NCBI RefSeq assembly: GCF_006345805.1
Contig: NC_043015.1
Location: 39,990,001 to 40,054,000 of the forward strand
From: Octopus sinensis
Taxonomy: Eukaryota
DNA length: 64,000 nucleotides
Reading direction: 5' to 3'
The position numbers were made by a program, and so were the translations under genes. Under the pieces are notes generated by a model, which worked only from the letters and a program-made list of their open reading frames with translations, was not told the origin of the DNA and made no database searches. This document shows positions 14,032 to 28,090 of this stretch, piece by piece; the first letter of the stretch is position 1; the number at the start of each line of letters is the position of its first letter.

Positions 14032-15774
14032 TGATAGGTTACTACCTAGAAACCTGGGTCTGTGTGTATCATGTAAGGCTAGAGATGGGAATGATGATTT
14101 CCATTTGCAAATACCAATCAGACACCGTGTGTCGTTAGCCAGCAGGAGGAGATGTCCTCCTGGGGCTTAAAACAACAGTAGCCTAGTCCTCTATAGGACC
14201 GCTGCATTTAGTTAGCAAATATTTCACCTTTTTTTATATATATATATATATATGTGAGGAGCTTCTTTCAGTTTCCATCTACCAAATCCACTCATAAGGC
14301 TTTTGGTTGGCCTGAGGCTATATAAGACACTTGCCTAAGGTGCCATGCAGTGGGACTGAACCTGGAACCATGTGCTTAGAAAAACTAAAAATATCACACA
14401 GCCACACTAGCTCAAAGCGTGGAATGTAAACCCACACACACGTTGTATGCAACACATTCTCACAAATAGTTTTGCGTCCCTATGTAGTGAAGAGCAAAAC
14501 TCAGTCCCCTTCTTGGCCCTTCCAGTCTCGATTCAGCATCACAGCCCTGGATGTAACAGTTGGAGGAAGGGAGAACAGTACCAGCACTCAACTGGAACAC
14601 AATTTCAGCTGACCCAGAATGAAGAGCCTTGCTGAAGGACATAAAATGTGGCTTGGTCCCGGTAATTCAACCCCTGACCTTATGATTGTGAGCTCAACAC
14701 CCTAACCACTAGACTGTGCCCCTTCACAACACACACACACATTAACAGATATGATAGGCTTCCATACAGTTTCCATCTACTAAATCCACTCCCTAACTAT
14801 TAGTTGACTTCAAACCAACCAATGCTTTGTGACACTTGCATTGAAATGTCTTTAAGTAGAAGATAGTTACCCAAGGGACCACACAGTGTGGTTGAACCCT
14901 AAACCATGGGCCTGAGAAACTAACTTCTTAGTTATACACAGCTATGCTTGTGCTTATAGTAATTTAACTTTATGCAACATATCCACTGTGTGTGTGTGTG
15001 TGTACCAAATACATATGTGTTTATGAAAGGGTGAAGCCCACAGGATACGCTACACCTGCAATTCGATGTGGCAGCCTTGTTGCAAATTCTGACCTTACCT
15101 GAAGATTTTAAGAGTACATGTCTGTGGAATACTCAGCTACCTACACTATACTTCAATGAGTAAATCACTCAGTTGATCAAACAACCGTATTGGTTTGTCG
15201 GGTTCTGAAACATTTATCTCAGACAATTCCAAACCACATCTACCAAAGGTTTCTAAACTCTGTGGTTTCATCAGAACCTGTCCAAAACCTCACTGCATAT
15301 CTAAGATGATGTCTAACGAAGGAACTAAATCCATTTTATAACACATTCTTTGGTCATTTTACCTACCATTTTCTATTTGTCATAGCTTTTCCTCCCAAAT
15401 TCCTGGACAAAAGAAATTCCTACTAAAAGGGTTTTTGCTCTTTTCCACCCCCAACTCACCCTAAATAGTCATTATTTTCACCCTGTCCAACAGATTTTAC
15501 AAGTTCATATCCACTTTCATCCCTTTGTATTCCCTAGACCAAAGCTATGTGTGTACACTATCGGAGTGGTTGGCATTAGGAAGGGCATCCAGCTATAGAA
15601 ACCATGCCAAATCCAACTGGAGTCTGGTGCAGCCCCTCAGCTTACCAGCCCTGGTCAAACCGTCCAACCCATGCCAGCATGGACAACGGATGCTAAATGA
15701 TGATACATCTTGGTCTTGCAAGTTACTTGGTTACCCTGCCAGTGCTGGTGCCACATAAAAAGTATGCAAGCATC

Positions 15775-16220
15775 CAGTCCACACTGTGAAGTGGTTGGCA
15801 TTTGGAAGGGCATCCAGCTTTAAAAACCATGGCAAAACTGATCTCACCTGTGCTGGTGTCACATGAAAAAGGCACTCAATCCACTCTACAGGGTGGTTGG
15901 CATTTGGAAGGGCATCCAGCTGTAAAAACCATGGCAAAACTGATCTCACCTGTGCTGGTGTCACATGAAAAAGGCACTCAATCCACTCTACAGGGTGGTT
16001 GGCATTTGGAAGGGCATCCAGCTGTAAAAACCATGGCAAAACTGATCTCACCTGTGCTGGTGTCACATGAAAAAGGCACTCAATCCACTCTACAGGGTGG
16101 TTGGCATTTGGAAGGGCATCCAGCTTTAAAAACCACACCAAAACTGACCTCGCTAGTGCTGGTGCCATGTAAAAAGCACTCAGTCCACTCTACGGGGTGG
16201 TTGGTGTTAGGAAGGGCAAC
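15775..16220 (+). repeat. 102-bp tandem repeat (~4.3 copies) derived from a family C retroposon
   Basis: gtggttgg recurs at 15791, 15893, 15995, 16097 and 16197; gives the 34-aa repeat in the ORF track. Confidence 0.9.
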
Positions 16221-16381
16221 CAACAGCAAAAACCAGACCCTGAATCTTGGTACCATCTGCCTAGCCAACTCCTGTCAGACCATCCAACCCATACCAGCAT
16301 GGAAAGCAGACATTTGATGATGATGATGATGATAATATATATATATATATATATATATGAATGTATCTGAGTATGCATGTG

Positions 16382-16426
<45 letters not shown>

Positions 16427-16517
16427 CAATGTTCCATATCCGACGACAGACAAAACTATTAATTTAATTTCATTGATATATATTAAATGGCATTTTCAAA
16501 ATTAATTTAAATGGTTT

Positions 16518-16550
<33 letters not shown>

Positions 16551-16676
16551 TTCATCGTTCAATTTGATAAGTTTCAGAAATCTCGAACTAACCAATATAT
16601 GTCAGACTCAGTTATTTCATTTTCAATCTGCCGCTCACCTCCCCGCCATCCCTCCCTCCCCTCCTTCCTAATCCTG

Positions 16677-17080
16677 CACCACCACCACCGCCGTCGCCAC
16701 CACCACCACCGCCGTCGCCACCACCACCACCGCCGTCGCCACCACCACCACCGCCGTCGCCACCACCACCACCGCCGTCGCCACCACCACCACACATGCA
16801 CACTCTGCTACAGAGATTCCAGTATTTCCACCAACTGTACAAATATGTAGTACTGTACTGTGTCACAGTCGTGGGGGGATGGCGGCGACGGCAGCGAAGG
16901 CGGTGGTAGTGGTGGTGGTGGTGGTGGTAGTGGTGGTAGTGGTGGCGGTGGTAGTGGAGGCGGTGGTAGTGGAGGTAGCGGTGGCGGTGGTGGTAGTGGT
17001 TGTGGTAGTGGTGGCGGAGGTAGTGGCGGCGGTGGTAGTGGTGGTGGTAGTAGTGGTGGTGGTGGTGGTGGCAGTGGTGG
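16677..17080. repeat. 21-bp (caccaccaccaccgccgtcgc)n array followed by a (GGT/GGC/AGT)n tract
   Basis: Direct reading. Confidence 0.85.
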
Positions 17081-17220
17081 TGTATCATTACTACAACATA
17101 GACTATAAATGGGTTAGTAGCACTGGATGATGGGATAGCTAACAGTGTTGCATGATAAGGAGGGGGGGAAGCATTGCATACACATACATACAAATAAGCT
17201 GTACACAGCCTGGCAAAAAA

Positions 17221-17253
<33 letters not shown>

Positions 17254-19522
17254 GCTCACATATATGCATATCTATGCAACCTACACAACCGCCCCCGACC
17301 CCAACCGCATGTAATAGATAAAAAGGAATTCAGATGTGAGGAAGAAGGGGGAGAGTAAGTCGGGGGGGGGATGAGGAGGGAACGTCCCCACCCCACCCAT
17401 AACCTTTGCAAGTAGGGAAGATGGGGGGGGCAGTATGACACACACACACGCACACCCGCCCGTCCACCTCCCATCCCACTAACCCCCTTGTAAGGAGGAA
17501 GTTAGTTAAGTCTTGTAAGGGGTCAAAAATTTCTTTACAGGAAACCCCAACACGGACCAGGTAATAATCTAAATGTCAGCTTTAAGATGTTCAAATACCA
17601 TTTATTATCATCATCATCATCATCGTCGTTGCTTATATTATCATCATTATCTATATCATTATATATTATTATTATTATTGTTAATGGACCCTGCAAAGGA
17701 ATCTCAATTTACTCCTTTCAGCGATAGCTGCCCTCATGTGTATGTGCATGTGTGTATGTGTGTCTTTACATGCAGACAAACTGTACATATGTATCCGTAT
17801 ACGTGTGTGTGTGTGTATGCTTTATCCTATAAGAGCTCAGCAGAATCGGCTCATGTTTAATCTATTAAATAACCCACAATGAAGAGAGTGAAACACTCAA
17901 ATTAACTGTTAATTAGCTGCTTCATCAGTCAGTGATCCACTTTATGGGTTAATTAACTCTATTCATGTCAGATTTAATGTCGCCCCCCCCCCACCACCAC
18001 CATTTCATAACCCTTCCTCCTCTTCACCCCACCCCCACATACACATACATCAATCCTTCTTTGGTGAAGATGTGGCTGTGTGGTCAACAACTTTACTCCC
18101 ATCTCCATCCTTACTTGAGCAAATGTCTTGAATCATATTCTTGGACCAACCGAATCTTTGTCAGTGAAACTGGTTAACTGTAAAACTGTTGGATGAACAG
18201 GTTTTGGGCGACAGATTTAATCTATCACTACACTTTCATTGGCTGTACATTCAATAGGGTCCACTAGCATCATAGACTAATCAGTGTCTCAGTTCCACAC
18301 AGTCAACACAACCCTCCTCGGGTACATCTTCAGCAGGGTCTGCTAAGGTTGCATCCCAGTTTTGACACAACCACATGGACTTTGTGTTTGCTTTCAGCGA
18401 ACGAAAAACAGTTGTAAAAGTCTGGGTAAGGCTTACAGTCGACAGTTAACTTTTCTTCCTTACTGCCCCCAAAACCCTAATAAAGGGGTCAGAGGTGCTG
18501 CCTATCCTCATATCTGACTTGCCCAGTTAAACGACTGTCTAATGAATTATTTCTCATCATCTCAATCAATCAACATCCAATAATAACTCATCTTCAGAAG
18601 ATGTGATTGAAACAGAAAACAACATCAGCTATTTTGGACTGAAAATGAAATTTTCATGTGTATCATCATCATTTAACATCCGTTTGCCGTGCTGGCTAGC
18701 TGCTCTAGGCTCCAATTGTTTGTTTCCGCAAGGCATCTATGGCTGGATGCCCTCCCTAATGCCAACCACTTTACACAGTGTATTGAGGGCTTTTTACATG
18801 GAGCCAGCATGGCTGCTTCTTTACGTGGTGCCAACATGGGAGTGCTGAGAATGGTAGCTATATAAAGAAAAATCAAATTCCAAAACAACAAAAATCCAAG
18901 AGACGTTCACAGTTTAACATTATTTGGTTGACGCTCAAAGAAATGAAAAAGTTATGAAGTAAAAGTATAATGTTTTGGATATTGTTCTTCATCAGATGCA
19001 AACAGTCCAAGAAAGGAAGGAAAAGGGATGAGAAAAAACAGGAAGGATCCATGACAGAAATGCATGTGGGTTACCCACATGTTCGGCCTTTGACTGACCA
19101 GAAGTATGAGAGGTAGATGTAGCTTTTAATGGTGAAAGAGTACCTGTTGGCAAGTGTGTGGAAGACAGAAACCATCATCATTTTATGTCCACTTTCCATG
19201 TTGCTGGTATGGGTTGCATAAGTCACCAGGGGCAAGTTAAGGCCCTTCTGTGCTGGGGACAACCTCTTACTCATCCATTCCATTTTTTTAGCATGTATAT
19301 CCATTTTTTTGCCAAGCAAATGTGTGTGTACATGTGTCCATGGATATATGTCTATGGCCAGGCAGAGGCATGATAGATGCATAAATGGCTGTGTGATTAG
19401 GTTCAGCCTTGCTGCAGGGGCAACCTGGGCAAAGTATTGTCTGTGATTACCCTCAGCCAACTAAAACCCTGTGAGTGAATTTCATGGGCAGAAACCATAT
19501 TAAATCCATCATACATACATAT

Positions 19523-19742
19523 ATACGAAGGGGTGCCGAAAATTTCTTGGTTTTGGATAAAAGAAAATAAGGAAGATCAGTTAATTATGATTTTATACAA
19601 CATATTCCCTTCTCAGATTCACACACTTATTGCAGTGGTCTTCCTGTTTTTCTAAGCCCCGGGAAAGGGCTCTGATGGTTGGGCCTCCAACCAGGACTTT
19701 CGCAGTACCCTTAAAGCCAGGAACTTTTCATCACCCCCTGGT
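19523..19742. mobile_element. Mariner-like MITE
   Basis: ta-cgaaggggtgccgaaaatttc ... ggaacttttcatcaccccctg; imperfect TIRs. Confidence 0.5.
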
Positions 19743-20023
19743 GTGTATGTGTATATATATATATGTGTGTATATATATATATATGTATATATACATGCAC
19801 ACTCAGTTATATATGTGTGTATGTGTGCACAAATGTTAATATATTACTAGTCACTGAGTGACGCAGTGTTGATGTTAACCTTGTGACTGGTTGTTCTGAG
19901 TTTTTTGAAGACCTGCAAAACAGGTGAGGGACAGCAACAGGAACTGCATCTGAAAGTAAAAGTCCAGCTTCAAAATCAATCCCTGTCCATGGACAACGAA
20001 TGATAAAAGATGATAATATATAT

Positions 20024-20985
20024 AGGTGTAGGAGTGGCTGTGTGGTAAGTAGCTTGCTTACGAACCACATGGTTCCGTGGTTCAGTCCCACTGCGTGGCA
20101 TCTTTGGGCAAGTGTCTTCTACTATAGCCTCGGCTGACCAAAGCCTTGTGAGTGGATTTGGTAGAAAGAAACCCATTGTATATATGAATATATATATGTA
20201 TGTGCTTGTCCCTCCAGCATTGCTTGACAACAGATGCTGGTGTGTTTACATCCCAGTAATTTAGTGGTTCGGCAAAAGAGACCAATAGAATAAGTACTAG
20301 GCTTACAAAGAATAAGTCCTGGGGTTGATTTGCTCGACTAAAGGCGGTGCTCCAGCATGGCTACAGTCAAATGATTGAAACAAGTAAAAGAGTAATATCT
20401 TTTATCGTTTACTTGTTTCAGTCATTAGACTGCCATGGCCATGCTGGGGCACTACTTTGGAGAATTTTAGTCAAATGAATTGACCACAGTATTTTTTTTT
20501 TAAACTGGTAATTATTATATCGGACTCTTTTACCAAACCACTAAGTTACGGGGACATAAATACACTAACATCAGTTGTCAAGCAGTGGTGAAAGACAAAC
20601 AGACACACACATATATGACAGGCTTCTTTCAGTTTCCATCTACCAAATCCATTTACAAAGCTTTGGTCAGCCTGAGGCTGTAGTAGAAGAGAAGGCACTT
20701 GCCCAAGGTGCCATGCAGTGGGATTGAACCCAGAATTGTGTGCTTGGGAAGCAAACTTCTTATACATAATTATATACCAATCACAAGTAGAACTCTGGAT
20801 ATATTCAGAAGTTACTGTTTCTGTTATTCAGTCATTTGACTGTGGCCATGCTGGAGCACCGCCTTCTAGTCGAGCAAATCGACCCCAGGACTTATTCTTT
20901 TGCAAGCCTAGCACTTATTCTATCAGTCTCTTTTGTCGAACCGCTAAGTGACGGGGGACGTAAACACACCAGCATCGGTTGTCGA
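20024..20985. mobile_element. Cluster of family A SINEs (+ 20024-20395; - 20400-20765; - 20825-20985)
   Basis: Similarity to 44655-45060 in both orientations. Confidence 0.8.
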
Positions 20986-21592
20986 GCTCAAAGCCTCACA
21001 GTTCTGTGTGGTGCACTTACCAAACGTTAAACACACACACAATACCAAATAATCTAATCACAGAAACAAAAACCATCTTGTTTCCAAGCGAGTGGCCTAC
21101 ACTAAATAAATATCGACATGTTTCAAGTTATTATAATAAATATTTAATATCCTGTAGTGATGGTATCAAATTAGAGTAGGGGGGGGGGCGAGAATGAAGA
21201 GAGGAGATTGCTAAGATGGAGAGGAACATTCTCAATAAATACAAGTGATGATAGTCATGATGATGATGGTAATGGTTGGTGGTAGTATTAATAATGACCA
21301 CCACCAACAACAACAACTTAGAATTTGGTGATTTTTGTAAGTAGTTATCAGGAATAAAAAGGCAGAAAATAGGAGATAAAAGGTTAATTTCCGGTGAGTT
21401 TTGATGGTAATTTCTGATTTGTCCTAAATTTTAAATTGATAGAAATGGTTTCTAGTGAACAGTAATAATTGACAGGTGTGTGTGTGTGTGCATGTATGTA
21501 TAATTATGTATGCGCATGTATGCATTTGTGTGTGTGTGTGTGTGTGTGTGTAGGCAACTGTTTTTGATGTACACATATTCCAGTTTATATAG

Positions 21593-21635
<43 letters not shown>

Positions 21636-22284
21636 CACACACATCATCATTATCGTATAATGTCTGTTTTCCATGCTAGCATGGATTGGACAGTTCGACC
21701 GGAGTCTGGGAAGCCAGGAGGTTGCACCAAGCTCCAGTCTGATCTGGCAGTGTTTCTACAGCTGGATGCCCTTCCTAATGCCAACCACTCCATGAGTGTA
21801 GTGGGTGCTTTTTACGTGCCACAATTATGCATATCTGCATGTATCTGTGTATATGCATTCACACACATGTACTTATATGTATGCACACATATATACATAT
21901 GTACACACACACACATGCACTTACATACATATACATGCACAGACACATACACAAACATGCATGCACATAATTGACCCCTTTTGATTGTGACCCACAAGTA
22001 TTCCAGTTGTCCAACCAACTGCATTCATTATGAGGCTTGACCCCGTAAATTACAGGTACAGACACTCTATTGAGCTTCAACTCAGTTTCATTCTACCAGA
22101 TCATACAAAGAAATCTCAGCTCTACCTAATTCTAGCAAAGAGTACAATGGTGTGAGGTGACTTGAAGTGGAATTAAACCTAATTCTTTATCATTACAAAG
22201 ACACTTAAAAACCACACACACATCATCATTCCATCGTTTTCATGTCTGTTTTTCCACTCTTACATGGTTCAGATGATATTTATT

Positions 22285-22505
22285 TAACCCTTTTGATACC
22301 AACCCAGCTGAAACCATTTCTGGCTCTGTAGTACAAATGTCTGGTTTTCAAAAGTTTTGAATTAAAATCTTCCACCAAACATTACTCACAATTTATGTTC
22401 CTAACACTAGCTGAATGGTAACCAAGTTATTTTACTAAATTCTTTTGTTATATCTAAACTTAATAGAAAGAAACACAGAGCATCTCAAAATAAATACGGT
22501 ATCAG
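22285..22505. mobile_element. Possible piggyBac-like MITE fragment
   Basis: Starts TTAA|CCCTTTTGATACC; the right end ggtatca is a partial inverted match. Confidence 0.35.
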
Positions 22506-24771
22506 TTGGATGTTACACTTCTTGTATTTCCCCCACCCTGGTCCTTTGAAGTCCTTTTCAGCAACAATGAAGACCAAGTGTTTTTTGGGGTTTTTTGCAG
22601 TAAATTATTCTCTTATTCTTTTACTTGTTTCAGTCATTTGACTGTGGCCATGCTGGAGCTTTGCCTTTAGTCGAACAATTTGATGAGAAGGAGGTTGAAT
22701 TCTGAGGGGGGGGGATAAATACAGATACACACACACACATATATATATATATACGATGGGCTTCTTTCAGTTTCCATCTACCAAATCCTCTCAAAAGGCT
22801 TTAGTTGGCCCGAGGCTATAGTAGAAGACACTTGCCCAAGGTGCCACACAGTGGGACTGAACCCAGAACCATGTTATTGGAAAGCAAGCTTCTTATCACA
22901 CAGCCACTCCTATGAACTATGACATCGTTTGTCATGAATGGTGGCCATGGTTTTAAATGGTACATAAGCATCAAGACAGGAGAAGGAGAGGAAGATAGAC
23001 ACACACATGCCATGCCCTTCTTAACAGTTCCTATATATCCATTCCACTAATGGCATTATTCAACCTGGGGTCAGTCCCTTGTCCACAGTGTCTTTTTGTG
23101 TAAAATGAAATCAAAAGCCTGATGTTCCCAAACGAACTTCTTAACCACACAGCCACGTGAATGGATTTGGTGGATGGAAACAGTAAGAAAGCGGCGAGCA
23201 GGCAGAAATGTTAGCATGCGAGGTGAAATGCTTAGCGGTATTTTGTCTGCCCCTAAGTTCTGAGTTCAAATTCCGCTGAGGTCGACTTTGCCCTTCATCC
23301 ATTCTGGGTCAATAAATTAAGTACTAGTTACACACAGGGGTCGATGTAATCAACTTAATCCGTTTGTCTATCCTTGTTTGTCCTCTCTGTGTTTGGGCCC
23401 CTTGTGGGCAATAAAGAAATAAGAAACAGTAAGAAGCCCACTGTATTGTGCAAGTGTATGTGCATTCTGCACTGGCCCTTTTCTCGTACTTTGCCCCTCA
23501 ACTCTCATCCCCTGGCATAAAGTTGTCCCCTTTTGGGGTCTGTGGTTTTGCAAGCTGCATGGTAACTACATTCATGCTTGAAGCATGAAGAAAAAAAATG
23601 CACAGCACAAGGTGTGAAGTGGTTGGCATCAGGAAGGACATCCAGCCATAGAAAACGTGTGAAAGCAGACATTGGAGCATGATGCACACTTTGGGCCCAC
23701 AACATCCTGACAAATGGTGCAACCTATGTCAGCGTCTGACCATAGAAAATATACCTCAAAGAATTCCATCTAACCAATACCAACACAGTAAAGTGAATGT
23801 TACAAACTATAATGATGATGATGATGATTATATGACAAACATATTCATCAGTCAAAGACCTTATAAGGCAATTGTCCACATGGCCTCATACCAACACCAG
23901 ACTACTGATGAAGCCAATCACCAGTTAAACTTCGCAGTCACTGTCAATATTTTCTTTGTATATGCCGGGCAAAATGCTTAGCAGTATTTCGTCAGACTTT
24001 ACACTCTTAGTTCAAATTCCACTAAGGTCAACTTTGCCATTCATACTTTCAGGGGTTGATAAATTAAGTACCAGTTGCATACAGGGGTCAATCTAATCAA
24101 GTGGCCCCCTCCTCACAAATTTTGGGCCTTGTGTCTAGAGTAGAAAAGAATATCTTCTTTGTGTAAAAAACAAATATTTGAAGAAAATGGTGTTCTTTCA
24201 ATAAATACTTGACTCTTTTCACATGATTTTACAGAAACCACTACACACATAAACATATATATATATATATACATGTATATACACACATATATACACATAT
24301 ATATACATTTATATATACACATGCATCCACACATATACATACACAATTTATGCACACACACATTATACAGCTACACATTTATATATTTACATATATACAC
24401 TCATACATATTTATATACATATAATTAACATCAGAGCTGTTATTCGGAGTGTCTGCGTATGAGGTTTACTCTTTTAAATCTTCTACAGTGACACTAAAAT
24501 AAACCATGTTGTTGTTATTGTAAAATCATACAGCACAACAACAACAACAACAACAACAAGGATCAGAATGTGTGTGTGTGTGCGTGCTTATATCATGTTT
24601 TATACATACATGTTGAATGCTGATAATATCTCTGTTGGGAGTTCAACAGAAGTAACAGATACACATATTTTCCCCCTCCAGGGACAAGTTAGCAATCTCA
24701 TATTGTTGGATGGGAATTTCACATTAAATCAGGTCTTTATTATTATTATGATTACCATTATCATCATTATT

Positions 24772-25345
24772 AAGGCGGCGAGCTGGCAGAAACGTTAGAA
24801 CACCGGCCGAAAATGGTTAGCGGTATTTCATCTGCCGCTACGTTCAGAGTTCAAATTCCGCTGAGGTTGACTTTGCCTTTCATCCTTTCGGGGTCAATTA
24901 AATAAGTACCAGTTACGCACTGTGGGTCAATGTAATCGACTTAATCCGTTTGTCTGTCTCTGTTTGTCCCCTATGTGTTTAGCCCCTTGTGGGAAGTAAA
25001 GAAATAGGTATTTCGTCTGCTGTTACACTCTGAGTTCAAATTCCGCCGAGGTCGACTTTGCCTTTCATCCTTTCAGGGTCGATAAATTAAGTACCAGTTA
25101 CGCACTGGGGTCAATGTAATCGACTTAATACTTATGTCTATCCTTGTTTGTCCTCTCTGTGTTTAGTAAAGAAATAGGTATTTCGCCCGTCTGAAATACC
25201 TAGATTCTGAGATCAAATCCCACTTGGGGTCGACTTTGCCTTTCATCTTTACAGGGTCAATAAAATAAGGACTAACCGAACTCTGGGGGTCAATGTAATT
25301 GACTTATCCCCTCCCCCAAAATGGCTGCCCTTGCATCAAAATTTA
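24772..25345 (+). mobile_element. SINE family B, tandem trimer (another monomer at 25445-25660)
   Basis: Three consecutive cores joined at aaagaaata|ggtatttcg. Confidence 0.85.
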
Positions 25346-25413
25346 TTATTATTATTATTATACTACATGTTTTAATTGATTTTTGTTAGCCCTTGTGGCC
25401 AATAAACGAATTA

Positions 25414-25445
<32 letters not shown>

Positions 25446-26429
25446 GGTGGAGAGCTGGCAGAATCGTTAGCATGCTGGCCAAAATGTTGAACAGCATTTC
25501 GTCCAGCACTGCGGTCTGAGTTCAAATGCCACCAAGGTCAACTTTGCCTTTCATCCTTTTGGGGTCGATAAATTAAGTACCAGTTGCATACTGGGGTCGA
25601 TCTAATACACTGGCCCCTGGCCCCATAACCACCAAATACCAGGCCTTGTGCCTATAGTAAAAAAAAATAATTATCTTTTAATGTTTTCAATAATTACCAA
25701 AATAACCAGATTTATATTCTTGTACATACACACACTTAGAGTAATTGCATACACATACACACACAGAGGAAACAAACATGCATATGTATACATCGATGCA
25801 TATATAAATGAGAATGTGTGTGTGTATATGCAGATACAATTAAGAAATGACAAAACCAGTGGAAGCAGTGGTGGTGGTGGTGGAGGCAGCGATGTTGTAT
25901 TCATTAAAAAAGAAGCTGTTTTAAAAACACAAGATCGTTTTAACAATTGCCATAAAAATATCTATTTACTGCTCCGTTGTTGTTGTTGTTGTTGCTTCTG
26001 TTTCGACACCGTGTGTGTGTGTGTGTCTGAGACATTGTCTGGGAAACAGAGAGAGAGAGACTATATAAAACTGTGAGACAAAGAAAGAGTACAAGATTAT
26101 GTGTGTGTGTGAGCGCGAATGAATGGGAGGAAATTTGGATGTGTGTGTATGTATGTATGTATGTGTGTGTAATGTGTGTATGTATGTGTATGTATGGGTG
26201 TGTGTGTATGCGTGTGTGTATATGTGTATATATATATTATATTCTGTGATTCTTTGTTATATTAACTTGAAGAAATGTCGATGGTGTGTGTATATTTATA
26301 TATATATATATATATATATATCCTTAAAAATGTTTTAGCCCGAAGGCCGCGGGGCCATGCTGGGGCACCACCGTAGTGTGGTGTGTGTGTGTGTGTGTGT
26401 TTTATATAAATATATATAATACCGTAGGG

Positions 26430-26467
<38 letters not shown>

Positions 26468-26849
26468 ATATATAATACCGTAGTGTGTGTGTGTATATAT
26501 ATAAATACACTACGGTATTATAGAATTTGTCTAGTGTGTATATAGTATAATGTAGCAGATAGATAGATTGATAGCTATGTATGTATAACCTGTAGTAGTG
26601 TGTAGAGCAGTAGACGGTGTATGTATCTATATATATCTCTCCTTTGTGTAGGTGCGCGTGCGTGCGTGCGTGGTGTGTGTGTCCCGAATGCGAACATCTG
26701 AGGCTGGTCGGGGGGTCGGGGTGCGGGGGGTGTCGAGTGAGCCTATTGGTGGCAGCGTGTGAATATCGGTGTTAAAAGAACTGACTTACTGAACAGGATG
26801 GGAAAGGAATAGGCGGAGGTGGGGGGGACAACGGAACACTTCAATACAC

Positions 26850-26906
<57 letters not shown>

Positions 26907-27554
26907 ACACGTATGTATACGCGGCCGCATGTGTCTATGCCTTCATATATATATGTATATAAAATATATAAGGGTAAATAATTATTAATTTTAAAATCAA
27001 CAATTATTTCCGGGTAGATTTCGGTATGGAAATATAACTATTATCGGTAGGAACTTTTTTAAAAAGTCCTATATATATAAAGCGGTCTTTGACTGCTATT
27101 TCTAATTTTTCAGTAAGCAACCTTGTTTTATTTATATACAACACACACATATATTATATATATATATATATAATATATAATATTTATTTATAGAAGGAGC
27201 TTCTACAGGACTAGAACTGTTCATTCAAAGAAATCATCATTTACTGTGGTTAACCCCGACTCAACCCGGGACCTACATGCATATATATTATATATATATT
27301 ATATAATATATATATATATTATATATTATATATATATATATGCATGTATATATACATGTAGAGGTAGGTACGTACATATATGTATGTATATATGCATATG
27401 TTTTTATTTATATATATATATATATATATTATTTTTATTTATCTAGTTTCAGCTCACGAGCTGTGGCTATGCGGGGCACCGCCATATATATATATATTAT
27501 ATATATATATATATAATGTATGTATGTATGTATATATATGACACACACACGCAC

Positions 27555-27641
27555 TATTATGACTAATCCAGGAGTTCCAGACACGAAAGGGAGAGGTTGT
27601 TGTTCTGCCGAGGCCATCATCGTTCCACTCGTTCCATTCAT
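27555..27641 (-). CDS. Possible first coding exon of an unidentified - strand gene (MNGTSGTMMASAEQQPLPFVSGTPGLVII)
   Basis: Unique CpG-retaining sequence. Three ATGs, with ACGATGATGG in good context at 27620. Possible donor ATA|gtgcgt. No homology recognised and no downstream exon found. Confidence 0.3.
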
Positions 27642-27879
27642 TGGCAGCAGTCTGAGAGTTTCGGCCAAACTGTAAGAAACGGTAGCACAGCAGAGAATTT
27701 TTTTTTTCTTTTCTTCCTTATTATTTTCAAAACCCAAACCCGACTTCATTAAGGGATTTAAGCACCACCACCACAACACATTCAGACAAACACAAAATCT
27801 TTCTCCTGTTCCGAACTCAGTGCATTTGGTAAGACAAGACAAGGCACCGTTCCATCCTTCTTTCTTTCTTTCTTTCTTG

Positions 27880-28090
27880 TGTGTGTGTAGCTGACTACAA
27901 GTTGCCGGTCGTGCATTTATCTTTGTGCATCTGTGTTACTCAGTCCGTGTGTGTATACACATACACACACAAGGAGCCAATCTTTTAAGGGGGGACACAG
28001 CCATAATCAGAACGGAATAATGAATCTGTTATTGATTCCATTAAAACACACGAACCAATTTTCCGACGACGACGATGGCATTAATATAAG
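27880..28090. promoter_or_regulatory. Possible promoter region
   Basis: Non-repetitive and CpG-containing. CCAAT near 27977 and an ACTACAA motif near 27894. Lies upstream of the putative - strand exon. Confidence 0.25.

Noticed and set aside
15200-15545. Possible decayed LINE fragment on the - strand (similar case at 18190-18470)
   Set aside because: Too degenerate to assign a diagnostic motif by eye.
15731-16317. ORFs with 34-aa repeats, superficially like a repeat protein or CRISPR array
   Set aside because: A 102-bp tandem repeat of retroposon sequence with no unique spacers; eukaryotic context and no cas genes.
16574-17259. Poly-Gly, poly-His and WWWWRRR ORFs resembling glycine-rich structural proteins
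   Set aside because: Triplet-repeat tracts open in several frames on both strands, with no signal peptide or convincing exon structure.
17541-17560. Microexon-like tttctttacag|20 nt|gtaata on the + strand
   Set aside because: Length is not a multiple of 3, the donor is weak, and no + strand host gene is evident there.
23900-23945. CTGATGA hammerhead-like starts (also near 3920, 15265 on -, 30963, 55381)
   Set aside because: No properly placed GAAA and/or no closing stems.
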